A DNA stretch of 64,000 nt from Hydrolagus colliei (Eukaryota): contig CM068742.1 of assembly GCA_035084275.1 (NCBI GenBank), positions 154,194,001 to 154,258,000 on the forward strand, read 5' to 3'. Below, piece by piece: positions 10,001 to 21,795 of this stretch. A program made the translations under genes and the position numbers. Below the pieces are notes generated by a model. That model saw only the letters and a list, made by a program, of their open reading frames with translations. It was not told the origin of the DNA and did not search any database. The stretch's first letter is position 1; each line of letters begins with the position of its first letter.

Positions 10001-13000
10001 TGTCACATTGCATCCTGTTCCAGTCCATTCCAGTCATTGCTCTTTACGGTGATCACCAGCCTTGACAACTTGACAAGTGCTGCCTGTATTAAACACCAGG
10101 ATTATTATTATTTATTGTAAATTCCCAACTGTTCAACTGCAAGTGCAGACAGCACCATCCACTCCTCATCCATCTGCTCCCAGCTCAGTGTCCAACTCCA
10201 CCACTGTGTGGCGCTCAGAGACATAAGAGACATAAATGTAAGATAGTTTTCATCTCATCACCCCATTCCATCCCCCCTCCCCCCCCCCCACCCACATCCC
10301 CCACCAAACCACATCTATGTCCTCTCGACATGAAAGATGCTGTATAAATGTAGATTTGAATTGATTGTTGTCTTTAACTGTGCCTCCTCAATCATGCCCC
10401 AATCTCCCAACCGTCTCCCACATTGTCTGAAAGCAAGTTTGTAAGTTGAGTTAGTTACACTGGATTAACTCAAGGCTTGTTATTAACCTCGGCCACTCTT
10501 CCCCTCATGAGGTTCACTTGGAATCATAGACTCAGTTTATTGAGGCAAATAAGCTTTATTGTAAAAAAACTATACAGAGTAAAGCTTAACCATCAGATCA
10601 AAACCTCAGCTTCAAAAGCCCCCAAATCACCTTGAGACATTGGATCATCTCTAGTCTGATATTAGCATGGCAGGTCAAAGTTGATATTAGCAGTAAACAC
10701 ATTGAAAATAGCCTGATATTATCAGTGATGTATATACGGCCTGAACACTAACACCTCTAATATAGTCTGTTATTAGCAATGAAACCTCTATATGCTGAAG
10801 TTCTCTAGCGAGAGAACTGGGTATGATTCCTGTCAGTCTTGGGCATGTTTCCATACTCCACAGGCCTGATAATAATCCCTCAGGAGAATAACAATACTTG
10901 GGCACTCAATTGGCGACGGCTGAGCACAATTGGCTGCCACATTTCGTCCACAAATATACATTCAATTCACTTTAGAGATTGATCTGTGAAATGCTTTGAG
11001 AGGTCGAGAAGACATGAAAAGTGCGTTATCAAATGGAAGAATTATTATGATTATATGGCCTGTAATAAGCAGTGACACCTCTATATAGCCTGATATCGGA
11101 GATCAGATTCTCTCTACTCTGATAATAGCAGTGACACCTCTATCCAGCAGCTTGAAGAAGAAACTGTCTGTACTGAAGTGGAGAACAAGATCACAGTGAA
11201 TTCAGTGAACAGTCGCTAGCCACAAGAATGGAGCAGAAGACCAGAGTTGGACAATCTTCACTTTGTCTGTTTGGGTAAAAGAGAAAATGGTTAACTTGTT
11301 ATATAACTTGCATAGAAATCATTATTTATTATTATATTATTAATTGAATTTCATCTAACATTTTAAAATGCAATTTGTCAGCAAACGCAGTAGTCAATTG
11401 AACAACACAATACCAAATTATATTTGTAAAATGCCTTTCACATCAGAAGGACATTCCAAGGTGCTAGACAGTCATGGATTTGCACAGTCATGACGTGAGT
11501 GACCAATTTGATTTGAGGGATTGTTGGCTAGGACATAGATGGAGAAATGGGACGTTGGCAACAGCCAACAAGACATGGACCCACACCAGCACTGCACTGG
11601 AGTGTCATTATAGATTATATGGCTCTATGGCCTACTGTGGGGCTTAAACCCTCTGCACTGGACATTCGAGCCCATGTATCTTCTGTATCTGAAGCAACAC
11701 TGTCTAAAATATCACATCTTATCCAACTAATTTCACCCAACCTAATGGACTTTTCAATCTCCATCCCTTTGATTGGTTTGTTCCTCCAAGCTCTGCCAGT
11801 CAGCCCAACCAGATTGTCCACCACCAACAGTGTCTTGGAGGACTGCAAACCTGCCTGGCTGAGGAACCAGCTCCCAAGCAAGTCACAGGAGATTGTCTCT
11901 AATCTAATACTCCACTGTCAGATGAGATCCTTTGAAGTCAGCTCTGGCCCAATGAAGCCATTGAGAATGAGGAGAACATTTAGTTTGTGAATCAATGTTT
12001 TATCTGGATCTTCAGAGAACAGCACCATTGATGAAAGGCACCAACATGAAAGGCACGATACAAACGTAATTTTGTTGTTGTTGTTTTCTACTCTGATCTC
12101 TGCTTTTTCTTGTTCATTTTCATTTTGTTTACAATGTTCCTCTTCAAATACGTAATAATTCTATTTTAAGGGAAGCGCTCTGAGCGAGGCTATAGAGATC
12201 CAAGTTGTTGTTGTTATCCCAGATTATTGGCAAACCCCAAAGATGAGGAGATTGAGAACCGAAGAGATATCTGGGAGATTGGTGCCTCAAGAACCGAGAA
12301 GGTTTGGGGCGACCAGATAGATGTCACAACGAGTCACAACAGGGGACAAAGCAATACATTTTAGCTGATCTGACAATAGACCAGCCAGACAGTCACAAGA
12401 GGAACACATCTAATACCATCACAAAAATGGAGCTGTGAAGAGCTTGAAATATATAAAGTAGAGGCAGAGAGTTAACAAGCAAACCCTTTGGTTTTCCTGT
12501 CTTTACACAGAATGGGTGGAATTGTGGAATTATCTGCCACAAACTAGATTCAAGGCATCGTAAGTCTTTTCAAAGAGCCGGCACAGACTAGATGGGCCGA
12601 ATGGCCTCCTTTTGTGCCGTAAAATTCTATGAATCTATGAATCTAGAAGCCATGATTTTAATGAATTAAGGGGCAGGCTCGAGGGGCTGAAAGGCCTGCT
12701 GCTGCAGCTTATTCTCATGTTCTTATCATGAGGATCTCTAACAAACACAGCATTGTTATCATCAGCCTGGCTGAGTTGGTTGCACTTTAGTCTCTAAACC
12801 AATAATAAATTGGTCATTTCAACCCACGGCTGTTTGTGGGGACGCTGCTGTGCGCAATTGGCTGCCGCGCTTCGCCCACAAATATAGTCACTTCACTTTA
12901 CAGTATATTCTGTGAAGAGCTTTGAGACACAGTCTAGAAGGTGTGAAAGGCGCTATATCAAATCCAAGGATTATTATTATTATTATTATTATTATTATGT

Positions 13001-13037
13001 CAGCAGCACAAGCAACAAACTGGTTGACGAGCAACTG

Positions 13038-13221
13038 TATTGGTTACCAAACAATGGCAACATTACCTGGCAAGTTAGCAACCAGGTTGATTACCAAATA
13101 AGGCCATAATCCTGCCCCCATCTCCCCACCAGCAGTCACCGTGACTGGGTTATGTCCTTATTTGGTAACCCACCTGTTGACTAACTTGCCAGGTAATGTT
13201 CCCATTGTTTGGTAACCAGTA
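13038..13221. repeat. ~184-bp hairpin (66-bp arms, 52-bp loop), copy 1 of 5; others at 20377-20560, 22459-23084 (L2 inserted), 27652-27835, 31404-31587
   Basis: tattggttaccaaacaatggcaacattacctggcaagttag...ccaaataagg versus ccttatttgg...ctaacttgccaggtaatgttcccattgtttggtaaccagta; about 7 mismatches. Confidence 0.9.
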
Positions 13222-13412
13222 TAAATTGCTCCAAACCAATTGAGAAGCTGTGATGGGCTAACTGATGGACGTTGGAAATTAACTGGGCTTTCCTCCCGAA
13301 TCTCTCCTGTGATGTCTTGTGTGGTAACTATGCCTTTTCCTCTTTCAGGCTGTGCAGACAATGATTGCTACACCACCCAGGGAGGGGATGAGTTAATAGA
13401 CGTGATCAACTA

Positions 13413-13496
13413 CCCAGGTAGCAAACCCATGTGGGGCCCATATTGGCATCAACCCAATTTGTCCCACATGAGGCTCATATGGGTTTGCTACCTGGG
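13413..13496. mobile_element. 84-bp MITE with CCCAGGTAGCAAACCCAT TIRs; also at 23283-23366 and 31779-31866
   Basis: The 23283 copy has a perfect 2-bp CA target duplication, and the empty site caac-CA-ggcc is present in the inverted paralog near 17520. CCC termini with a 2-bp TSD fit CMC/EnSpm non-autonomous elements. Confidence 0.75.
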
Positions 13497-14065
13497 CAGG
13501 CCAAGGATTTGGACAAGACGTGGAATGCCTTAACTCTGGTGGGTAAGGGACAGATTCAGCCTCAGAGACAGAGAGACACCAACATCTTAGTCATCATGAG
13601 AGACAGACTCCAGCAGCTGTTTAACCAGGTCATGGACAGTGGGTGAGTGTTTCTGTTTGTGTGTGTGTGTGTGTGTGAAAGTTCTCTATGTGTGGATGTC
13701 TGTGGGTGGGTGTCCCCTTGTATGTGTGTATCTATATGTCACTCTCTCTCTATCTCTAACCCTGTCTCCCATTTGTATTTCACTCTCTATCTCTCTCCCA
13801 TTCTCTGTCTCTTTATCTGTAACCCTCACTTCCTGTCCCCTTACATCTCTCTGTCTCTCTCTCTCATTTTGCCTCTCAGTATCTCTCCCTCTCTGTTCCT
13901 CTCTCTGTGTCTCTCTCTCCCTCTCTGTCTCAGTGTCTCTCACTGCCATCAGAGTTCTGATGAAACATTGACTCACTTTCCTGTCTCCAAAGATGCTGCC
14001 TGACCTGCTGAGTGTTTCAATCACTCTCTGTATCTCTATATCTCTCTATCTCTCTTGGTTTGTGT

Positions 14066-15859
14066 CATAGATTCATAGAATTTTATGGCACAAAAGGAGG
14101 CCATTCGGCCCATCTAGTCTGTGCCGGCTCTTTGAAAAGAGCGATTCAATCCCACTGCCCTGCCCGCTCCCCATAGCCTAATAGACCTGTTCTCCCTAAA
14201 TAAAGATCTAATTCCCGTTTAAAAGTTGTTATCGAATCAGCCTCCACCACCTTTCCAGGCAATGCATTCCAGATTCCAACAACTCGCTGAGTGAAAAAAT
14301 TTCTCCTCAGCTCCCCTCTACTTCGCCTTGAAACTATTTTAAATCTGTGACCACGAGTCACAGCTTCGCCCACGAGTGGAAATAGTTTTTCTCTATTTGC
14401 CCTGTCGAAACCCCTCATGATCTTATAAACCTCTAATAGGTCTCCCCTCAATCTTCTCTGCTCCAGAGAGAATAACCCTAGCCTATCTAGCCTCTCCTCA
14501 TAGCTGAAGTCCCTCAATCCTGGCACCATCCTAGTAAATCTTCTTTGTACCCTTTCCAATGTCTTCACATCCTTTCTGTAGTGTGGTGACCAGAATTGAA
14601 CACAGTATTCCAGCTGAGGCCTCACCAAAGTTTTATAGAGGTTAGTCAGCACTTCCTGACTTTTGTATTCTATACCCCTATTTATCAAGCCTAGTATCCC
14701 ATATGCCTTCTTAACAGCCTTGTCTACCTGTCCTGCCACCTTCAACGAGTCACTAACACAAATCCCCAGGTCTCTCTGTTCCTTCACACCATTTAAAATT
14801 ATACTATCTAGCCTATATTGCCTCCCTTCATTTCTTCTCCCAAAATGCATCACCTCACACTTCTCTGCATTAAACCTCATCTGCCATGTGTCTGCCCACT
14901 TTACCAATTTGTCTATATCCTCTTGCAGATGGCTACTATCCTCCTCACTATTTACTATTCTCCCTAACTTAGTGTCATCTGCAAACTTGGAAACTGCACT
15001 CCCTACACCCAAGTCCAGATCATTGATGTAGATTACAAAGAGCAATGGTCCCAAAACCGATCCCTGTGGCACACCACTGCTCACTTCCCTCCAGTCTGAA
15101 AAACAGCCGCTCACTACAACTCTCTGCTTTCTGTCTCGCAGCCAGTTGTGGATCCACTCTGCCACTGTCCCTTTTACGCCGTGGGCCTTTAATTTCATAA
15201 TAAGTCTCTCATGCGGCTCTTTGTCAATTGCCTTTTGAAATTCCATGTAAACTACCATCAACTGTGCTACCATTATCCACCCATTCCGTTACCTCATCAA
15301 AAAATTCTATCAAATGTGTAAGGCAAGATTTGCCTTTAACAAATCCATGTTGACTGTCCTTTATTAGCCTATATCTTTCTAAGTGAAGATCTACCTTGTC
15401 CCTGATTATGGACTCTAGAAGTTTGCCCACTACCGACGTTAGACTGACTGGTCTGTAGTTACCAGGATTGTCCTTCTGCCCCTTTTTATACAAGGGAGTA
15501 ACATTAGCTATCCTCCAGTCCTCTGGCACGACCCCTGTGTCCAAGGAAGATTGAAAGATCGTGGCCAGCGTCTTTGCTATTTGCTCCCGTGCCTCACTTA
15601 GTAACCTAGGGTGCATCCCATCCGGACCAGGTGACTTATCCACCATGAGCGATGTCAACCTTTTTAGAACTTCCTCTCTGGTTATAATTATTCTATCCAT
15701 TTCTCCTACCCTCTCCTCCAATACCATGGCATTGGCTGTATCCTTTTCTTTTGTGAAGACAGAGGCGAAGTACTCATTCAGTACATCAGCCATGCCCTCT
15801 GCCTCCACAATGAGATTTCCTCCTAGGTCCCTAATTGGCCCCACCCTATCCTTGACCAC
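14066..15859 (-). mobile_element. Young 5'-truncated CR1 LINE (RT domain, frameshifted near 15250)
   Basis: ORFs 15224-15859 and 14146-15273: [23 protein letters not shown]; (ttctatga)-type tail at 14066. Confidence 0.95.
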
Positions 15860-17269
15860 TATGTCTCTATGTCTCTATGTCACTGTCTCTGTCACTCTTA
15901 CACTCTGAATCTCTATCTATCTCTCCGTCTCTTTCTCTGTCGATCTCACTCTGTCTATCTCTATCTCTCTCTCTCTCTCTCTGTTTCTCTCTATCTCTCA
16001 CTTCCTGTCTCTGTGTCTCTATCTCTCACTCTCAATGGTGGTGGAGGGGAGACCAGCGAGGAGGGCATTGGGCTGATTGGATTAAGACACTGACATCTTA
16101 GAGACCGTGAGAAACGGACTCCAGTAGCTGTTTAACCTGGTAACAGATGTGTCTGTGTGAGTATGTCTTTGTGTGTGTGTGTGTGTATCTATATATCTCT
16201 GTCTCTCTCTCTCTCTCTCTCTGTATCTCTCAGTCTCTATATGTCTCTCACTTTCACTTTCTTTCTCTCCATACTTAGTTCCCATTTTCCTTCTCTGTCT
16301 CTCTATTTCTCTCTTTCTCACACTCTGTCTGTTTCTCTGTCTCTTTCTCTCTCTCTCTCAGTAACTCTCACTTCTGATCAAATTGACTCATTTTTCTCTC
16401 TCCATAGATGCTGCCTGACCTGCTGACGGTTCCCAGTGAATTCTGTTTTTGTTTGTAAGAGGGGACAAGGTTTGGGGGGAGAGAGTTCCAGAGTTTGGGG
16501 ATGTAATGGCTGAATTGGCGGCCATTGATGGTGGAGTGGGGGTCACGAGGATTCCGCCCTCACTGTCTCTCTCTCGCTCTCTCTTTCTCTCTCTCGTTCA
16601 CTCTCCCCCTACTCTCTCACTCTCCTTCCTCTCTCTCTTGCTCACTCTCTCACCTTCTCTCCCTCTCTGTCTCTCCCACTATCTGTACCCAGCATTCTGG
16701 GATGGGCTTGAATTGTGCAAAGAGAAACGGCCAAGATTCATGGACTTCAGGAAAGTTGAACTTTATTTATATATCACTCTCTGTATCTCTATATCTCTCT
16801 CTCTGTCTGTCTCTGTATGTGTCACTCTCTGTCTCTATCTCTCTCTCTCACTCTCTGTCTCTATCTCTAATTCTCTGTCTTTCTCTCTCACTCGCTGTCG
16901 TGATCTCTCTCACTCTCCGTCTCTATCTCTGTCTCTATCTCTCTGTCTCTGTCTGTCTCTCACTCTCTGTCTCTCTCACTCTCTATCTCTGTCTCTCTAT
17001 CTCTCTCTGTCACTCACTCTCTGTCTCGATCTCTCTCTCTCACTTTCTGTCTCTCTCTAGATGCAGACCCACAGACTATTGGGGGTGGTACAGGAGAAGA
17101 GAGAAGTGATCAGCTCCCACACAACCAACCTGGAGGAGAGAGAGAGAAAGAGAGAGATAATACAATCAACCCGTCATCATTAGGATTTATTGTTGCTCAT
17201 TTGCATCAATAAATATCAATGAACTAAAGAATTTGTTGTTGGTCAAAATCCCTCCACGGCCTCGCTGAG

Positions 17270-17400
17270 CATCCGGGGAGAAAGGAAAAAGAGCCAAAGT
17301 TTCAGGTCTACAACCCTTTATCAGAACTGGGGCTTGTTTGGGCCAACAAACTGACAAAGGGTTGTAGACTCTCCTTTCTCCATGGATGCTGCCTGACTGG
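17270..17400. mobile_element. Penelope-like element terminal remnant
   Basis: tctacaacccttt.tcag...ctgacaaagggttgtaga hairpin followed by ttctccatggatgctgcctgac. Related tails ctgatgaaacrttgac...agatgctgcctgacctgctga occur near 13955, 23775, 32340, 33370 and 34175. Confidence 0.5.
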
Positions 17401-18269
17401 CTGACAGAGAGAGAGTGAGAGACAGAGACTGAGAGATACAGAGTGAGAGACTGAGATGTAGAGAGAAAGAAAGTGAGAGATACTTATAGAGACAGAGAGT
17501 TTGGCCAAATCCTTGGCCTGGTTGACTTGGTCTATTAACACATCCCCTCCCTGGGTGGTGCAGAAATCATTGTCTCCACAGCCTGAAAGAGGAAAAGGCA
17601 CAGTTACCACAGAGGGAGAGAGACAGAGTGAGAGAGAGAGAGAGAGAGAGTCTCTGGCAGGGAGGAGGGGAGAGACAGAGAGACAGAGAAAGAAAGTGAG
17701 AGATACATAGAGATACATAGAGATAGACAGAGATTGAGTTAAGAGGGAGAGATTCTGAAAGACAGAGACTGAGAGAGAGAGACAGAGGGAGAGACAGAGA
17801 GTGATGTATAAATAAAGTTCAACTTTCCTGAAGAAAAACAAGTCAATGAGTCTTGGCCATTTCTCTTTGGTCAACTCAAGCCCATCCCAGAATGCTGGGA
17901 ACAGTTAGTGAGAGAGATTGAGAGAGAGAGTGGGACGGTGTGAGAGAGTGAGTGGGAGAAAGGAGGGAGAGCGATAGAGGAGGGAGCGAGCGAGAGCCTC
18001 CTAAGTGAGAGACCAGTGTTCGATTCCCGTCAGGTCAGGTCCAAATCTTGGGCAAGGTTCCTTCCTCCACAAACACACACGCCCTGATAATAATCCCTCA
18101 AAAATGTTGTTTTCATCACTTCAGTCCACAACTGTTTTGTAGGATGCGTGAGTGAGGGACGGAGGGAAGGAGGGAACTACTGGGTTCTGGGTGTCTGTCA
18201 CAAAGCAACTCCTCAAGGTCCAGTTACTCTCTGCTGATCGCTCTCCCTACTCTCTGCTCTGCCCCATTT

Positions 18270-19030
18270 GCCTTTCCCTTGACTGTCTGTGACCAGGGCT
18301 TCCTCTGCCTCCTTATCCTCCTGGACCTGTCTGCTGCGTTTGACACAGTCGACCACGCAACCCTCCTCCACCCCCTGTCCTCCGTCACCCACCTCACTGA
18401 GGCCGCACTCGCCAGTGTCGAGTCCCTACCTCACAAACTGCCAGCAGCACATCTCCACAAACGGCTTGTCCTCCCGCTCTCACCCAGTTACCTGTGGGGT
18501 ACCCCAGGGATCCATCCTTGGCCCCCTCCTCTTCCTCATCTACACGCTACCTCTTGGGGATGTCATCCACAGACATGGGGCACACTTCCACATGTACGCG
18601 GATGACACCCAACTCTATCTCTCCACTTCACTTTGTGACCCCCAGTCCCCTGATGTTCTGTCAGCCGCCTGTCACACATCAGGGGCTGGATGAGCGCAAA
18701 CTTCCTGCAGCTGAATGTTGACAAGACGGAGGCCATACTCCTTGGCTCTCGTCAACATCTCCATTCACACGGCTCTCACCTCCTCCACCTTCCCAGCCTG
18801 GCCCCTAAAACTCTCCCAACCTGTGCATAACATGGGCATCAGGCTTGGCCCCCGACTGTCCTTCCTCCCCCACATCCAGTCCCTCACCAGCATCGCCTTC
18901 TACCACCTCAGACGGATCTCCCGTCTTCAGCAATACCTAACCCCCAAAAGCCACTGAAACCCTGGTCCATGTCACGTCTCAGATGGATTATTCCAATGTC
19001 CTCCTCACCGGTCTCCCCTCCACCACAATC
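18270..19030 (+). mobile_element. L2 LINE RT-domain fragment
   Basis: [16 protein letters not shown] and [41 protein letters not shown] in shifting frames. Confidence 0.92.
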
Positions 19031-19529
19031 CACAGAGTCCGTCACTTGTATAGTCCAGGCTACAGTACCTTTCTCAGCAGCGCAAGTCTTTGATACTCTG
19101 GCTTTTGATGTGGGCTAACCACACGACCCCCAAACAACCAGACCTATCCTCTTCTGACTGTTGGCTCGCTGATCCACTGTGTCCTGTCCTCCTGCTAGCC
19201 TGTCACTTCTCTGTGTCTCTTCTCTGAGTCTTCCCTGTGTCGCTTCTGTTTGGCTTCTCTGTGGCTTGTGTCTCATCTCTTTACCCCTCAAACTCCCTAT
19301 TTCTATGCAGTGTTTGCAGCTGGATCTGGCCATGGACACCCTAAGAATCCGTTAGTTAACTTTTATCCAACTAACTGCCAAACTCTTTGATCAAGTTCAA
19401 AGGAATGTGTCTTTCTTAGTTATTGTCCCTTAGATCTCCATCAACCCTTTGTCCCCCCGCCTTGCCTCCTTATCTCGTGTCCCAGAGGTGTCTTATCTCA
19501 CACATTACTCAGACCTTGAGGAGACGTGT

Positions 19530-20090
19530 TCATTACAACACCATTTACAGAATATAAGAGAAGGGAAGAGTTGTTGCAACTCTATAGGGCCTTGGAGAGA
19601 CCACATATGGAATATTGTGTGCAGTTCTGGTCTCCTTAGTTAAGAAAGGACATGCTGGCCTCAGAGTTGGTGCAGATTCACTAAATTGTGTCCTGGGATG
19701 AGGTGATTGAGCTATAGAAGAGGTTGAGTAATCTAGGACTCTATTCTCTAGAATATAGAAGAATTAGATGTGACTTTACAGAAACCATTAAGATTATTAA
19801 GGGCCATGACAGAGTAGACAGTGGGAGACTGTTTCACTGTTTGAAGAAACTATAACTAGGGGTCATAGTCTTAAGATTAAGTGTCAGCCTTTTTGCAGAG
19901 TTGAGGAAACACTTCTTCACTCAGAGGTTAGTGAATTGATTCTCTACCCTCAAAGGGCTGTCGATGCTCAGCCCTTGAACATATTCAAGACTAAGATTGA
20001 TAGATTTCTTAGGATCATATTGAATGGCGGGGTAGGATTGAGGGGCTGAAAGGCCTACTCCTGCTCCTTATTCTCATGTTCTTATCATAA
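19530..20090 (+). mobile_element. CR1 3' fragment; paralogous fragments at ~21800-22150 and ~30700-31100
   Basis: [13 protein letters not shown] and a shared gaaactataactaggggtcatagt segment. Confidence 0.8.
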
Positions 20091-20566
20091 GACTCTCTAT
20101 CAAACACAGCATTGTTATCATCAGCCTGGCTGAGGATTGTTGCTCTTTAGTCTCTAAACGAATAATAAATTTGTCAGTTCAACGCACGGCTGTTTGTGGG
20201 GACGCTGCTGTGCGCAACTGGCTTCACCCACAAATACACAGTCAGTTCACTTTACAGTATATTCTGTGAAGCACTTTGAGACACAGTCTAGAAGGCGTGA
20301 AAAGCGCTATATCAAATGCAAGGATTATTATTATTATTTCAGCAGCACAAGCAACAAACTGGTTGACGAGCAACTGTATTGGTTACCAAACAATGGCAAC
20401 ATTACCTGTCAAGTTAGCAACCAGGTTGATTACCAAATAAGGCCAGAATCCTGCCCCCATCTCCCCACCAGCAGTCACCGTGACTAGGTTATGTCATTAT
20501 TTGGTAACCCACCTGTTGGCTAACTTGCCAGGTAATGTTCCCATTGTTTGGTAACCAGTATAAATT

Positions 20567-21795
20567 CATAGAATCATAGAATTTTACGGCACAAAAGGAG
20601 GCCATTCAGCCCATCTAGTCTGTCCCAGCTCTTTAAACCGAGCAACTCAATCCCATTGCCCAGCTCTCTCCCCACAACCTAACAGACCTGCTCTTCCTAA
20701 ATAAAGATCTAATTCTCTTTTAAAAGCTGTTGTGGATTCGGCCAACAGCACCTTTTCAGGCAATGCATTCCAGATTCCAACAACCCGCTGAGTGAAAACA
20801 TTTCTCCTCAGCTCCCGTCTGCTTTGTTTTGAAACTTATTTTAATCTGTGACCACAAGTCACTGATTCGCCCACCAGTGGAAACAGTCTTTCCCTATTCA
20901 CCCTGTCGAAACCTCTCATAATCTTATAATCTCTATCAGGTCTCCTCTCAATCTTCTTTGTACTAGAGAGAATAAGCCTAGCCTATCTAGCCTTTCCTCG
21001 TAGCTGAAGTCCCTCATTCCTGCTACCATCCTAGTAAATCTCTGCCCCTTTCCAATGCCTTAATATTCTTCATAAATGTGATGACCAGAATTGTACACAG
21101 CACTCCAGCTGAGGCCTAACAAAGTCTGATAGAGGTTAATCAGCACTTCCTGACTTTTGTATTCTATACCCCTATTTATAAAGCCTAGTGTCCCATATGC
21201 CTTGTTAATGGCATGGTCTACCTGTCCTGCCACTTTCACAGATTCACTAACACAAATACCCAGCTCTCTCTGTTCCTTCACACCCTTTAAAATTGTACTC
21301 TCTAGCATATATTGCCTCCCTTCATTTCTTCTCCCAATGTGTATCGCTTCACATTTCTCTGTATTAAACTTCATCTGCCATGTGTCTGCCCATTTTACCA
21401 TTTCATCTATATCCTCTTGCAGATGGCTACTATCTTCCTCACTATTTACTATTCTCCCTAACTTAGTATCATCTGCAAATTTGGAAACCGTACTCCCTAA
21501 ATCCAAATCATTAATGTATATTAAAAAGAGGGGGGCGCCACTGCACACTTCCCTCCAGTCTAAAAAGCAGCCACTCACCACAACTCTCTGCTTTCTGTCT
21601 CACAGCCAGTTGTGGATCCACACTACCACTGTCCCTTTAAAGCCGTGGGCCTCTATTTTCCTAATAAGCCTCTCATGCGGCACTTTGTCAAATGCCTTTT
21701 GAAAGTCCATGAAAACTACATCAACTGCGCTGCCCTCGTCCACCCATTCTGTTACATCGTTGAAAAATTCTATCAGATTTGTAAGGCATGATTTG
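20567..21795 (-). mobile_element. CR1 LINE inserted directly after hairpin copy 2
   Basis: ORF 21060-21581 contains [10 protein letters not shown]; the tail starts at ccagtataaatt|catagaat. Confidence 0.92.

Noticed and set aside
10440-10700. Possible solo LTR starting TGTAAG
   Set aside because: No defined 3' CA end, TSD or second copy.
11547-11990. Overlapping 147-aa (+) and 88-aa (-) ORFs, the latter with an LLVVDNL Walker-B-like stretch
   Set aside because: No splice context or recognisable domain, and an in-frame stop lies upstream; cannot be supported without a search.
13500-13542. Resemblance of cassette A (LDKTW) and cassette B (WDGL) to Bcl-2-family motifs
   Set aside because: Too short and misordered; chance-level similarity without a profile search.
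15869-17109. Ser/Leu-rich ORFs here and at 13.6, 23.5-24.3, 32-34.6 and 36.9 kb
   Set aside because: Translations of (TC)n/(TG)n degenerate microsatellite.
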